Of a stretch of 64,000 nt of DNA, positions 9,661-19,895 are shown one piece after another. This DNA comes from Chitinophagales bacterium (GTDB lineage: Bacteria > Bacteroidota > Bacteroidia > Chitinophagales > CAIODY01), in assembly GCA_947449695.1 (NCBI GenBank), contig CANFST010000008.1, positions 862-64,861 on the forward strand. Direction: 5' to 3'. Both the position numbers and the translations under genes were made by a program. Positions within the stretch are counted from its first letter, which is position 1. Each line of letters begins with the position of its first letter. The notes under the pieces were generated by a model. It did not search any database, was not told the DNA's origin, and saw only the letters and a program-made list of their open reading frames with translations.

Positions 9661-9701
9661 TTTTAGTTAAAGCTTTGAAGTAAATAATTACTTCGTATTA
9701 A

Positions 9702-9747
9702 AACTGTTCAACAATCATTTATGATGGGTGTTGAACAGTTTTTTTTT
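9702..9747 (+). terminator. Rho-independent terminator
   Basis: A 12-bp perfect stem (AACTGTTCAACA at 9702-9713 pairing with TGTTGAACAGTT at 9729-9740) has a 15-nt loop and is followed by a run of about 9 T. Confidence 0.8.
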
Positions 9748-9796
9748 GTAACAACTTTGTTATCCAATAAAAATATTTTCATCTTAACTTCACCAA

Positions 9797-11179
9797 ATGA
9801 AGAAACAAATATTATTAATTACCATTTTGCTTTTTGCCAAGTTTTCATTTGCTCAAAACACTGATTCCATGCAGATTAGAGCTGTTTATAACGAAGCCAT
9901 GAGTAATGGGAAAAGTTATAAAAACTTAGAGCATTTGTGCAAATCAATCGGTGCAAGATTAAGTGGCTCGAAGCAAGCTTATGAAGCCTTAGAATATGTA
10001 GCGATGTTGATGAAAGAAATGGGCGCTGATACTGTTTTAAGGCAGCCTTGCATGGTGCCACATTGGGTTAGAGGCACAAAAGAAGAAGGTATTATTTATC
10101 GCAAAGGATTATCGCCAATGCCTGTAAATGTATGTGCATTGGGCAATTCAGATGGTACACCTGCAACTGGTATCAAAGCATCGATGGTTGAAATTACTTC
10201 ATGGCGACAATTAGATTCATTAGGTAAACGTGGTGAGATAAAAGGTAAAATTGTTTTTTACAATCGCCCGATGGATCCTACAGAAATAAACGCTGGTGCT
10301 GCTTATGGTAAAGCTGGCGACCAACGTTGGTCAGGTGCTTCACGGGCTGCCAAGTATGGTGGAGTAGGGGTTTTGGTTCGCAGTTTAACACATTCACATG
10401 ACTATTTTCCACACACTGGTGCAATGGGTTATGTGGATACAATTAAACATATTCCTGCTTTAGCCATTGCAACCAATGATGCCGATTTATTGCACTATAG
10501 CTTGCAAGGTGCTGCTGCTGTTGAATTTTACATGTATGATGATTGTAAAATGTTGCCTGATGAATTGAGTTATAATGTGGTAGGTGAAATTAAAGGCAGC
10601 GAATTTCCCAATGAAATCATCACTGTTGGTGGGCATTTGGATAGCTGGGATTTAGCCGAAGGTGCACATGATGATGGCACTGGTGTGATGCAAAGCATTG
10701 AAGTTTTGCGCATCATTAAAGCACTAGGTTGGAAACCAAAACGTACCATCAGAGCCGTTGCTTTTATGAACGAAGAAAATGGTGGACGTGGCGGCAAAGC
10801 TTATTTTGAAGATGCACAACGCAGCAATAAAAAATTTATTGCTGCCTTAGAAAGCGACGGCGGCGGCTTTACCCCAATGGGTTTTAGCATTGGTGGAAAA
10901 AATAAAACAGCTATTGATAAAATTTATTCCTGGAAAAATTTGTTTGAAAAATATCCATTTTCAAAATGGGATAAAGGAGGAAATGGTGGTGCTGATGTTG
11001 GCAGGTTAGAACCGCTTAATACTTGTCTGATTGAATTAAATGTGGATGGACAACGCTATTTCGATTATCATCATACGGCTAATGACAGATTCGAAAATGT
11101 AAATCGCCGTGAATTAGAAATGGGCGGCGCATCGCTTGCCATGCTAATTTGGCTGATTTCAGAAAAAGGGGTGGAGTGA
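9797..11179 (+). CDS. M28 family aminopeptidase, secreted
   Basis: Signal peptide MKKQILLITILLFAKFSFAQ. M28 metal-ligand contexts are GGHLDSWDLAEGAHDDGTGV and FMNEENGGRG. Confidence 0.8.
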   Translation: MKKQILLITILLFAKFSFAQNTDSMQIRAVYNEAMSNGKSYKNLEHLCKSIGARLSGSKQAYEALEYVAMLMKEMGADTVLRQPCMVPHWVRGTKEEGIIYRKGLSPMPVNVCALGNSDGTPATGIKASMVEITSWRQLDSLGKRGEIKGKIVFYNRPMDPTEINAGAAYGKAGDQRWSGASRAAKYGGVGVLVRSLTHSHDYFPHTGAMGYVDTIKHIPALAIATNDADLLHYSLQGAAAVEFYMYDDCKMLPDELSYNVVGEIKGSEFPNEIITVGGHLDSWDLAEGAHDDGTGVMQSIEVLRIIKALGWKPKRTIRAVAFMNEENGGRGGKAYFEDAQRSNKKFIAALESDGGGFTPMGFSIGGKNKTAIDKIYSWKNLFEKYPFSKWDKGGNGGADVGRLEPLNTCLIELNVDGQRYFDYHHTANDRFENVNRRELEMGGASLAMLIWLISEKGVE

Positions 11180-11785
11180 TTATTTTATCCCTATTTCAAA
11201 AAGCTTTTTCTCTTCAATAAATCCTTCTAATTTATCGCCTGCTTTTACCTGACCTACTCCTTCAGGTGTGCCAGTAAAAATTAAATCATTTTGTTGCAGC
11301 GTAAAATATTGTGAGATGTAATGAATGATATAATTGAAATTAAAAATCACATTGGCAGTGTCGCCATTTTGTTTTTCTTCGCCATTGAGCATCAACTTAA
11401 AATTTACTTTTTGTAAATTATATTCTTTGGCATTTAAAAAATCACCTACTACTGCTGAATTATCGAATGATTTAGCAATTTCCCAAGGCAATCCTTTCTG
11501 CTTTTGTTTTTCCTGCAAATCTCTAGCAGTAAAATCTATCCCGACGGATATTTCACTGATATAACGATGAGCAAATTTCTCTTCAATTGCTTTTCCGTTT
11601 TTACCAATCCTTAATACCAATTCTGTTTCGTAATGAACATTGTTACTAAACTCGGGCAGGAAAAAATATTTTTCTTTTAACAAAGCTGTTGCCGGCTTCA
11701 TAAATATAACCGGAGCTTCGGGGGTCGCATTACCCAACTCTTTGGCATGGGCGGCATAATTTCTGCCTACGCAAAATATTTTCAT
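11180..11785 (-). CDS. Fumarylacetoacetate hydrolase (FAH) family protein
   Basis: MKIFCVGRNYAAHAKELGN, PVIFMKP, ETELVLRIGK, KSFDNSAVVG and LIFTGTPEGVG are typical of the YcgM/FAH fold family. Confidence 0.8.
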   Translation of the reverse strand: MKIFCVGRNYAAHAKELGNATPEAPVIFMKPATALLKEKYFFLPEFSNNVHYETELVLRIGKNGKAIEEKFAHRYISEISVGIDFTARDLQEKQKQKGLPWEIAKSFDNSAVVGDFLNAKEYNLQKVNFKLMLNGEEKQNGDTANVIFNFNYIIHYISQYFTLQQNDLIFTGTPEGVGQVKAGDKLEGFIEEKKLFEIGIK

Positions 11786-11802
11786 CTTACAAAAAAATAG
11801 TT

Positions 11803-13248
11803 TTAAAGCAGTCCTTTAATCAACATTGGCATTACACCAAAAACTAAAATGGCTAAGCTAGCTATGCCAAATAAAAATATCTGATAGGGATTCAATGCAA
11901 TAGTTTCAGCATCTTCATTTGGGGTTAAATACATGGCTTTTATTACGGCAAAATAATAATAGAAACTTACAGCCGAAAATAACACAGCCACAATTGCTAA
12001 CCATAAATGACCTTGGTCTATTATTCCTTTCAGCATGTAAAATTTGCCAAAAAAGCCTGCTGTAAGCGGTATGCCAGCCATTGAACACATTGCTAAAACC
12101 AAACAGATAGCTAAAAACGGATTTCGCTTTGCTAAACCATTAAAGGCTTCAATTTCATCGCTGCCGGTTTTGTAATGCACCAATTGCAATGCACCAAAAG
12201 CTATGATAGAGGCAGCTCCATAGCCAACAATATACAATAATAAATTGCCTGATGCTTCGATGGAATGAACGGAATATAATACTGACATTAGCATAAAGCC
12301 TGCATGCGAAATAGATGAATAAGCTAACAAACGTTTGAAATTATGCTGACGGGTAGCGATTAAATTAGATAGAATCAGTGTTAATGCAATCATAGCTACA
12401 ATGGTTGAGCTCCATGAATATTCGCTGAATTGAAATGCACCAAACATCAAACGGTAAAATGCGCCAAAGCCTGCTAATTTTACCACTGTACTCATATAGG
12501 CTGTGGCGGCTGTAGGTGCACCTTGATAAACATCGGGTGCCCAGAAATGAAATGGAGCTATGCTGGTTTTGAAAGCCATGGCTACTATTAATAAAATAAT
12601 GCCGATTAAATAAAGTGGTGAAATATTATTGCCCAATCCTTTGCCCATGGCATGAATGGTTGGTAAGTCAAACGAGCCTGTTGAGCCATAAATCAAGGCG
12701 ATGCCCATCAATAAAAAACCTGTGGCAAATGAGCCCATCAAAAAGTATTTCAATGATGCTTCATTGCTCAATAAATCTTTTTTTCTGAATCCAGCCATGA
12801 TATAGCTGCTGATTGATAAAATTTCGATGCCGATAAATAAAATTAATAGATTACTGTAGCTCAGCATTAAAGCTACGCCTGTGAGTGAGAAAAAAAACAA
12901 AGCATAAAATTCAGCCCGGTTGCTCCACTCTTCATATTCTTTATGGTCGGTCAGTAAAAATATTAATATAGTAAAAGCTATTGCTGTGGCTAACATAGCC
13001 AACGACATATTATCAAAAGTAAGCATCCGGAAATGCGGAATATGTGTATCCCAATTTAAAATGGAGATTGCCCAGCCACCCAACAAACCCAGCAAGCCTG
13101 CCGTTAAAAGCCATTCGTTAGCTTTTTTTACCACACCCAAAAACATCATCACGATGCCAAAAATGGATAAAATAACCATGGGGTTGGTTGCCAGCTCTGA
13201 AACGATGCCGTTAAATAAAATTGATAAAGGAAGCATATTTGAGTTCAA
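11803..13248 (-). CDS. nuoN: NADH-quinone oxidoreductase subunit N
   Basis: A 481-aa polytopic membrane protein. LFIGIEILSISSYIMAGF, SNEASLKYFLMGSFATGFLLMGIALIYG, APFHFWAPDVYQGAPT and LLAYSSISHAGFML match NuoN/ND2. No other nuo gene is adjacent. Confidence 0.8.
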   Translation of the reverse strand: MNSNMLPLSILFNGIVSELATNPMVILSIFGIVMMFLGVVKKANEWLLTAGLLGLLGGWAISILNWDTHIPHFRMLTFDNMSLAMLATAIAFTILIFLLTDHKEYEEWSNRAEFYALFFFSLTGVALMLSYSNLLILFIGIEILSISSYIMAGFRKKDLLSNEASLKYFLMGSFATGFLLMGIALIYGSTGSFDLPTIHAMGKGLGNNISPLYLIGIILLIVAMAFKTSIAPFHFWAPDVYQGAPTAATAYMSTVVKLAGFGAFYRLMFGAFQFSEYSWSSTIVAMIALTLILSNLIATRQHNFKRLLAYSSISHAGFMLMSVLYSVHSIEASGNLLLYIVGYGAASIIAFGALQLVHYKTGSDEIEAFNGLAKRNPFLAICLVLAMCSMAGIPLTAGFFGKFYMLKGIIDQGHLWLAIVAVLFSAVSFYYYFAVIKAMYLTPNEDAETIALNPYQIFLFGIASLAILVFGVMPMLIKGLL

Positions 13249-13434
13249 AAATTTGCTGCCAAAGATAGCAGACGATTTTTAAAATTTTTGATGTTGAATG
13301 CAGTTAATTTTAAAAAACCAAAGTAGATGGCAATATTTAATATGCTAATGAATTGAGTTATTGCCAAATGAACTGATGTAACTTAGTTTATTTACATTTT
13401 ATTATGATTTGCTCAATCGGAAGTTTCCGATTAG

Positions 13435-13616
13435 GTAATTCATTTATTTGCCAGCGGAAGTGAAGTTATACTCTTAAGATTTTACAACCATTCACTTTTT
13501 CCTACTATGGCAAAACAACAATTCAAAATGATATAACTTTGCTATCGGCAGGCACTTATTTTTACCGAATAGAAATCGGCAGCAAATTGTATTTCAAAAA
13601 AATTGTAAAACAATAA
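13435..13616 (+). pseudogene. Decayed remnant of a type-A T9SS C-terminal sorting domain (frameshifted, with no start and no upstream body)
   Basis: The frame ending at TAA 13614-13616 reads ...ILQPFTFSYYGKTTIQNDITLLSAGTYFYRIEIGSKLYFKKIVKQ*. This matches the CTD end pattern (D/N)I..L..G.Y...I.......K..K. It is blocked upstream by TGA at 13461-13463. A second frame (13435-13490) reads ...SGSEVILLRFYN, like the V.L.IYN strand of the same domain. Confidence 0.4.
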
Positions 13617-13621
13617 ACCGT

Positions 13622-14830
13622 ATGAAAAGTAAAATATTTCTCATTGTATTGATTACAACAAATCATTTACTATATGCTCAAACAAATGGTATTTGGACAC
13701 AAAAAGCAAATTTAATAGGGGTAAAAAGAATGGGTGCAGTAGGTTTTAGTATTGGTAATTACGGCTATGTTGGTACAGGGATAGATAGTAGCGGAAATGA
13801 TTTAAGCGATTTTTGGAAGTATGATGCAATAAATGATTCATGGACACAAGTTGCAAATTTTGGAGGTGGTAATAGAGAATATGCAGTTAGCTTTATTATT
13901 AATGGAAAAGGATATGTTGGCACAGGAGGTGCAATACTAACAAATGATTTATGGCAATATGATACTTTAGCCAACACTTGGACACAAAAAGCTAATTTTC
14001 CTGGAGTTTGGCGTTCATTTGCTATTGGATTTAGTATTGGTGATAAAGGATATTTAGGTGGTGGGTATGACGGACTTACAAATCGCTCTGATTTTTGGGA
14101 GTATAATTCAATTACTGATTCTTGGCTACAAAAGGCAACCTTTACTAGTAATGTTGGTACTGAAGGAATAGGTTTTTCAATAGGAGATAAAGGTTACATT
14201 GGTTTAGGTTCTGGTAGTTCTACCACATATTCAACTTATTTATATGAGTATGATACTTTTCTTAATACCTGGACTCAAAAAACTAATATGCCAGCAGCAG
14301 GTAGGATAGGTGCTTCTTGTTTTACTATTGGTAACAAAGCTTATATTGGATTGGGACAGACCAATAATGGCTTAGTAAATGATTTTTGGGTATATAACTC
14401 TACAACTGATTTATGGAATCAAACAACATCATTACCAAGTAACATAAGAGTGGGTTCCGTAGGGTTCAATATTTTAAACATGGGGTATGTTTTTGGAGGG
14501 TTAAAATCAATTAGTTCCCTAAAAAAGCTTAACGACCTTTGGCAATTCGACCCCAATGCAACCGGCATTAATGAAATAAAAGAAGAACCCAAACTAAATG
14601 TTTATCCCAATCCAACTTCATCTTTTATTAATCTTCAGTTATCGGCTGGCAGCATTAATACTATTGAAATAACAAATGTTGTAGGGCAAATTGTTAATTG
14701 TAAAATGGCATTTAATAATTCAAATACTAATTGCCAACTCAATACAAATAACTTATCGCAAGGCATTTATTTTATTAAAGCAACGGATGAAAAAGGTTTT
14801 CAGCATACGGCAAAGTTTGTGAAGGAGTAA
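13622..14830 (+). CDS. Kelch-repeat beta-propeller protein with a type-A T9SS CTD
   Basis: About six repeats of the WTQKANFPG..R....GFSIG.KGY.G.G type. The C-terminus is LNVYPNPTSSFINLQL...LSQGIYFIKATDEKGFQHTAKFVKE. Confidence 0.75.
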   Translation: MKSKIFLIVLITTNHLLYAQTNGIWTQKANLIGVKRMGAVGFSIGNYGYVGTGIDSSGNDLSDFWKYDAINDSWTQVANFGGGNREYAVSFIINGKGYVGTGGAILTNDLWQYDTLANTWTQKANFPGVWRSFAIGFSIGDKGYLGGGYDGLTNRSDFWEYNSITDSWLQKATFTSNVGTEGIGFSIGDKGYIGLGSGSSTTYSTYLYEYDTFLNTWTQKTNMPAAGRIGASCFTIGNKAYIGLGQTNNGLVNDFWVYNSTTDLWNQTTSLPSNIRVGSVGFNILNMGYVFGGLKSISSLKKLNDLWQFDPNATGINEIKEEPKLNVYPNPTSSFINLQLSAGSINTIEITNVVGQIVNCKMAFNNSNTNCQLNTNNLSQGIYFIKATDEKGFQHTAKFVKE

Positions 14831-14861
14831 GTTGGTTGGGCTGTATTAAAATAGCTGCACT

Positions 14862-17315
14862 TTATCTTAAAAGTGTAACATTGCCTTTCAGTTGCAAAGT
14901 TCTGCCTTTGCTGCAATTAACCGAAAGCTGATACATATAAGTGCCAATCGGGGCTGGGTTGCCTTTGTATTGTCCATTCCATCCTTCGTTTTTATCTGTG
15001 GTGCCATATACCATTTCGCCCCATCGGTTAAATATCTGAAACGAATTTAAGTTTAAGAAATCGCCTGCATTTAAAATACGGTATATATCATCAACGCCAT
15101 CACCGTTGGGTGTAAAGGCGTTGGGCAATAATGCCAGGCAACATTTTACATCAATAAAAGCTGAATCTGTCAGGCTGCAACCATGATTATCAACTACACT
15201 AATGCGATAAAAGCCTGTTTCAACTTGAGTAGGTGATAAATAGGTAGTGTTGTCAACTGGTGTAACATGGATATTGTAAGGTGGTGTACCTCCATAAGCA
15301 GTTACTAAAATTTTGCCATCGGTTTTAAAATAACACGATGCATCATCGGTGATTTTGCTTTCTGTTAAAACCGAATCGGGCTCAGAAATGATGACTGATG
15401 CGGTATCTAAACAGCCGTGTAAATCTTTTCCATAAATCACATAATGATTGGGTGGCAGATTCGGAAATACAGAATCAGTTAAAAATGATGGAATTAGTTT
15501 AGGTATTTCGTAAGAATAAAATTTTGTTCCACCAACAGATGATATGGCAAAGTGCCCGTTTTGTAAACCCTTGCAAGAAATATCAAGCGAATCATTTACC
15601 CACGTAATAAATTTGGCAGGTTGGTTTATAGTAATTGTTGTATCATGAAAACAATTGACATTTGTTTGAGCCCTGATGGTATGTGTGCCAGCATTTATTT
15701 TTTTTAGTGTATCATTGGTGCCTTGCACTATGCCATCAACCAGATAGGTATAGGTGTTATAAGGCAACACATTTACAACTACTTCACCATCATTATACCC
15801 AAAGCATGAGGGTTCCTTCACATTTTTAATTAAAACAGTAAATGCCAGCGGCTGACTGATACTGATCGTAGTATCAATGGTGCAATGATGTGCATCGGTA
15901 AATACAAAATGATAGCTGCCTACAGTCAAAGTATTCAGATTGAATTGAGTAGAAGAAATGCCATTGATGGTATCGAAATAAGGAGATGTTCCACCGCCAA
16001 CTAAAACCGAAGCAGTGCCATCGTTGCTGCCATTACAGGTAGCATTAGTATGTGAAATATGCGAAAAGAAAAGCGCTGATGGGTTGACTATTTTTACAGT
16101 ATCATGTGACATACATCCAAAAGAATCAACTACATAAAAAGGCATCAAGGCTGTTGGTCCTAAATTAGAAAAGGAATAAGTGTGATTAGTACCCAATAAA
16201 GTACCACCTAAATAAACGTGGACTGGTGTAGAAGAGAGGATGTTGTAAGTAAAACTTGCATTGGTTTCGTTATGACAATGAACGGGTACAAAATTAGTTA
16301 CGGAAGTTGTTACACCTCCTGAAGTAAGCTTAATGGTATCTTTTACAATTACTGAATCGTTGCTGCAAGTATAATAAGTTGCTTTGGCATAAATTGATTT
16401 ATTGGCAACACCATTTAAGCAAACTGTAAATGAATCTGAATTATAAAGTAATAAGTTGTTGTTGATATCATACCAGTCAATTCTTACAGGATAGGCCGAA
16501 CCTGTAGGAGTGAAACGACGTCCGTCGTTATAAGCCGCCCAAACAGTAGGTAGATTTCTGCCATTCACCATATAAGCAGTTGAACCAGTGGCATCCTCAA
16601 TTCCTTCCGCCGCTTCGCCTTGATTCCAAGCACTGCACGAATCTTTTTCTTTAATATAGATTTCAATTACTCCGGTACCTTCGTACAAAACGCATTGTGA
16701 AGTGCCAAACTGACCAGGGCAATTGCTGGTGTTAAACATTGGTACACTATCCCAACTAACAACCAAACGACGACATGGAGCTATACCATAAATCTGCCAA
16801 AGCACCGTTCCCCCAAGGCTAGGGTCAATATCCTGATAGGGGCACATAATTGAATTGGCTGCATCACCACAGGTTGAACCAACAGTACATGTTCCAGATA
16901 ATAAATCAGGATAAGATGGTGTTTGTGGTGAATAAAAATTCCAGGCATTATATGCATTTGCTTGCGCCGTATTAAACGTAATTAGTTCATTGGAACCAAC
17001 CACCATTTTCCGATATGTATTTCCGAAAAAACAAAATGGAAATGGTAATGAAATAGTATCGCTCCATACATCATCTGTACCTGTAAATAAAACTGAGCCA
17101 GCGTAAGGATAAGGCGTAAAAGGGATAGAATCAACTTGATAGGTTGTAGGTGCTTTTATCTGAAACTTAGTAGCATGCAATGTGATACAACTATTACATG
17201 ATAGTGAAGTATCCTTACCAATAAATAAAGAAGGACATGGAGAAAGCAAAGCCTGTTGTGCATTACAAAAATGACTTAACAACAGAAAAACTAAAAATAT
17301 TTTTATGGTTTTCAT
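14862..17315 (-). CDS. Large surface protein with SprB-type repeats and a type-B T9SS (gliding-motility-associated) C-terminal domain
   Basis: Signal peptide MKTIKIFLVFLLLSHFCNAQ. Cys-bracketed repeats are of the form ATCNGSNDGTASVLVGGGTSPY, PSCFGYNDGEVVV and ASCYFKTDGKILVTAYGGTPPY. The C-terminus LPNAFTPNGDGVDDIY...FNRWGEMVY...GWNGQYKGNPAPIGTYMY...KGNVTLLR is the type-B CTD signature. Confidence 0.8.
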   Translation of the reverse strand: MKTIKIFLVFLLLSHFCNAQQALLSPCPSLFIGKDTSLSCNSCITLHATKFQIKAPTTYQVDSIPFTPYPYAGSVLFTGTDDVWSDTISLPFPFCFFGNTYRKMVVGSNELITFNTAQANAYNAWNFYSPQTPSYPDLLSGTCTVGSTCGDAANSIMCPYQDIDPSLGGTVLWQIYGIAPCRRLVVSWDSVPMFNTSNCPGQFGTSQCVLYEGTGVIEIYIKEKDSCSAWNQGEAAEGIEDATGSTAYMVNGRNLPTVWAAYNDGRRFTPTGSAYPVRIDWYDINNNLLLYNSDSFTVCLNGVANKSIYAKATYYTCSNDSVIVKDTIKLTSGGVTTSVTNFVPVHCHNETNASFTYNILSSTPVHVYLGGTLLGTNHTYSFSNLGPTALMPFYVVDSFGCMSHDTVKIVNPSALFFSHISHTNATCNGSNDGTASVLVGGGTSPYFDTINGISSTQFNLNTLTVGSYHFVFTDAHHCTIDTTISISQPLAFTVLIKNVKEPSCFGYNDGEVVVNVLPYNTYTYLVDGIVQGTNDTLKKINAGTHTIRAQTNVNCFHDTTITINQPAKFITWVNDSLDISCKGLQNGHFAISSVGGTKFYSYEIPKLIPSFLTDSVFPNLPPNHYVIYGKDLHGCLDTASVIISEPDSVLTESKITDDASCYFKTDGKILVTAYGGTPPYNIHVTPVDNTTYLSPTQVETGFYRISVVDNHGCSLTDSAFIDVKCCLALLPNAFTPNGDGVDDIYRILNAGDFLNLNSFQIFNRWGEMVYGTTDKNEGWNGQYKGNPAPIGTYMYQLSVNCSKGRTLQLKGNVTLLR

Positions 17316-17396
17316 TTTGATAAATAATTTTATTATGAGGTTGTTACAAATTTAATCATTATTTTTATTTTCTAACATCTTATTTTTAATGCCATT

Positions 17397-19853
17397 ATGT
17401 TTTGGCAAAAATTTAAAAGAATATTATTTTTTACGGGGATAGCAATTTGTACAATCTTATTTTTAGTTGCTGGTTTCACTTTTGTGTTTCAAGATAAAAT
17501 AAAAAGATTTGCTATTACCGAAATCAATAACCAACTGAAAGGTAAATTAATTGTGAAAGGTGAAATCGGTTTTTCGTTATTTAGTCATTTTCCCAAAGCA
17601 ACTATCAATTTTTCAGATATTGTTTTACGAGATAACTCAGCATCAAATCCTGATTTTATTTCGGCTAAATCTTTCGGTTTAGGATTTAATACTTTTGATT
17701 TATTACATGGAAAATACAACATTGACGCTGTTTTTATTGAAGATGCTTCCATTCATTGCGTCACCTATAAAAATGGAGCAACTAATTTTGATGTTTTTAA
17801 AAAGAGTAATTCTTCTACCAAGCAATCAGCCATTAAAATAGAATCTTTATCAGCAAAAAAAGTGTTGTTGTTAGTCGAAAATCAGAACTCCAATTTTGTG
17901 TTTCAAAATTTGATTCATCATTTTAAAGGAGATGGTAAAGTTGAAGGCGATTTGATTACTGCCAATTTCGAAAGTGAAAATGAAATAGGCGAACAATCAA
18001 TTTCGTTGCCAGAATTTACATTTCACCAACCACTTTTATTTAAAGGAGCAATCAAAATCAATATTGATAAAAACGACTACCAATTTGATGAAACAACTAT
18101 TCTATTGGCTGATAATGAGTTTGAAATTAATGGCAATTTGAAACTCGACAAAGAAATAAATTTGAATCTGAAAGCGAAGAACTTATCCATTGAAAATATA
18201 ATTACACTTGCTCCAAAAAAAATTAAAGAAAAGCTAAAAGGCATTAACAGCAAAGGTTTGATAGGAATGGAATTGAATTTGAAAGGTGTAATTCAAAATA
18301 ATCAAATGCCCGAAGTGGTCGGCAGTTTTAGCTGGAAAGATGGCAAACTTTCATTACCCAATTGGAAGAATGATTTCGAGAATATCAGCATGAATGGAAA
18401 TATAAAAGCAGAAAAGAATGATTGGAAAATTAATATCGAAAAATTTAATTCAGCCATGCTCGAACATCCTTTTTTGTTACAAATGAATATTGAGAACAAT
18501 CATCATCAAACTGAAATCAATTTGAATGCTGATGGTAATTTAAGTGTAAAGGATTTACTGAACTTTTTAAATGAAAGGCCTCAAAGTGCTGATGGACAAA
18601 TAGTTTTACATCATCTCGAAACTTCTTTAATTGTTTCTCCTAATAATAAAATTCAAAATTTTGTTGCCAGTAATTCTATTGAGCTAAATAATATTTCGGC
18701 TAATTTTAAGGATTGGAAATTGGAAAATATCAATGGTAAAATATCAACAGACAGCAATTATTTAATTATCAACCCAACCAATTTAAGATTAAATGGAAAT
18801 GATATGAATTGCACAGGAAAATTTCCTTTAAAAAATTTACTAAGTGATAAAAAAGATTTTATTCAAATGACTGTTGCAGCCGATAAGATTAGTATCAATA
18901 GCTTAATGGTGGCTACATCAGATAAAAAAGATACATCAAAAACCTGGATTGATTTTCCGCTACACCTAAAAACGAGCTGCAAAACAATTACCTGGGATAA
19001 ATTAATTTTAAACGATGTTGCAGCTGATATGATATTGCATGATTCAATAATTTCTATTCTTCAGTTTTATACAAATACTCAAAACGGAACTCTGAATGCA
19101 ACTGGCAATATGCTTAAATCATCTTCCAGTCTGCCTTTTAACTATATAATTGATTTTAAAAAATTAGATATTGCATCAACATTTCATCAATTCAATAATT
19201 TCAATCAGCAAATTATTACAGAGGAAAAAATTAAAGGAGCGCTATCGGGAAAGGCAATAGTTCATGGAAATTTTGATAGAAATTTTATAATAAAACCTGA
19301 AAGTATTACCGCTACCACAGATTTCTTAATTGAAAATGGGGAACTCAATAATGTTACTCAGCTAATGAGTATGTCTAAATACCTAAAAGTGAAAGATCTC
19401 GAACATTTAAAATTTGCCACCTTAAAAAATCAGGTCGAAATAAATAATCGAAAAATTATTTTGCCTGAAATGAACATTAAAAGCAATGCTGTGAACCTTA
19501 CTTTATCTGGATTTCATAAGTTTGATAATGATATTGATTATTTGGTAAAAGTAAGTTTGTTAGAAGTGTTTGCTCGAAAGTTAGGCAAGTCAGAAGATGC
19601 TGACTGGGAGCAAGATGAAAAAAGTGGTTTTAATGTTTTTATCAGAATGACAGGTAATGCCAGCAATCCTAAAATAATTATGAACAAAAAAGCAAGCCGA
19701 CAAAAATTTAAAGAAAATATGAAAGCCGAACAGCAAACTATGCAAAAATTGATTAAAGCTGAATTGAAAGGCGAACAGCCCAAAGAAAAACCTATTGATT
19801 TTAAACAACCTGATAAAATAGAATTAATCAATTGGGACGATTCAATAAAATAG
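17397..19853 (+). CDS. AsmA-family envelope protein
   Basis: An N-terminal TM anchor (ILFFTGIAICTILFLVAGFTFVF) is followed by KIKRFAITEINNQLKGKLIVKGEIGFSLFSHFPKATINFSDIVLRD, which is typical of the AsmA N-region. The rest is a long beta-rich body with a Lys-rich tail. Confidence 0.6.
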   Translation: MFWQKFKRILFFTGIAICTILFLVAGFTFVFQDKIKRFAITEINNQLKGKLIVKGEIGFSLFSHFPKATINFSDIVLRDNSASNPDFISAKSFGLGFNTFDLLHGKYNIDAVFIEDASIHCVTYKNGATNFDVFKKSNSSTKQSAIKIESLSAKKVLLLVENQNSNFVFQNLIHHFKGDGKVEGDLITANFESENEIGEQSISLPEFTFHQPLLFKGAIKINIDKNDYQFDETTILLADNEFEINGNLKLDKEINLNLKAKNLSIENIITLAPKKIKEKLKGINSKGLIGMELNLKGVIQNNQMPEVVGSFSWKDGKLSLPNWKNDFENISMNGNIKAEKNDWKINIEKFNSAMLEHPFLLQMNIENNHHQTEINLNADGNLSVKDLLNFLNERPQSADGQIVLHHLETSLIVSPNNKIQNFVASNSIELNNISANFKDWKLENINGKISTDSNYLIINPTNLRLNGNDMNCTGKFPLKNLLSDKKDFIQMTVAADKISINSLMVATSDKKDTSKTWIDFPLHLKTSCKTITWDKLILNDVAADMILHDSIISILQFYTNTQNGTLNATGNMLKSSSSLPFNYIIDFKKLDIASTFHQFNNFNQQIITEEKIKGALSGKAIVHGNFDRNFIIKPESITATTDFLIENGELNNVTQLMSMSKYLKVKDLEHLKFATLKNQVEINNRKIILPEMNIKSNAVNLTLSGFHKFDNDIDYLVKVSLLEVFARKLGKSEDADWEQDEKSGFNVFIRMTGNASNPKIIMNKKASRQKFKENMKAEQQTMQKLIKAELKGEQPKEKPIDFKQPDKIELINWDDSIK

Positions 19854-19895
19854 TTTGATTTCAATTGCGTTAATTGCACACAGAAAAATTGAATC

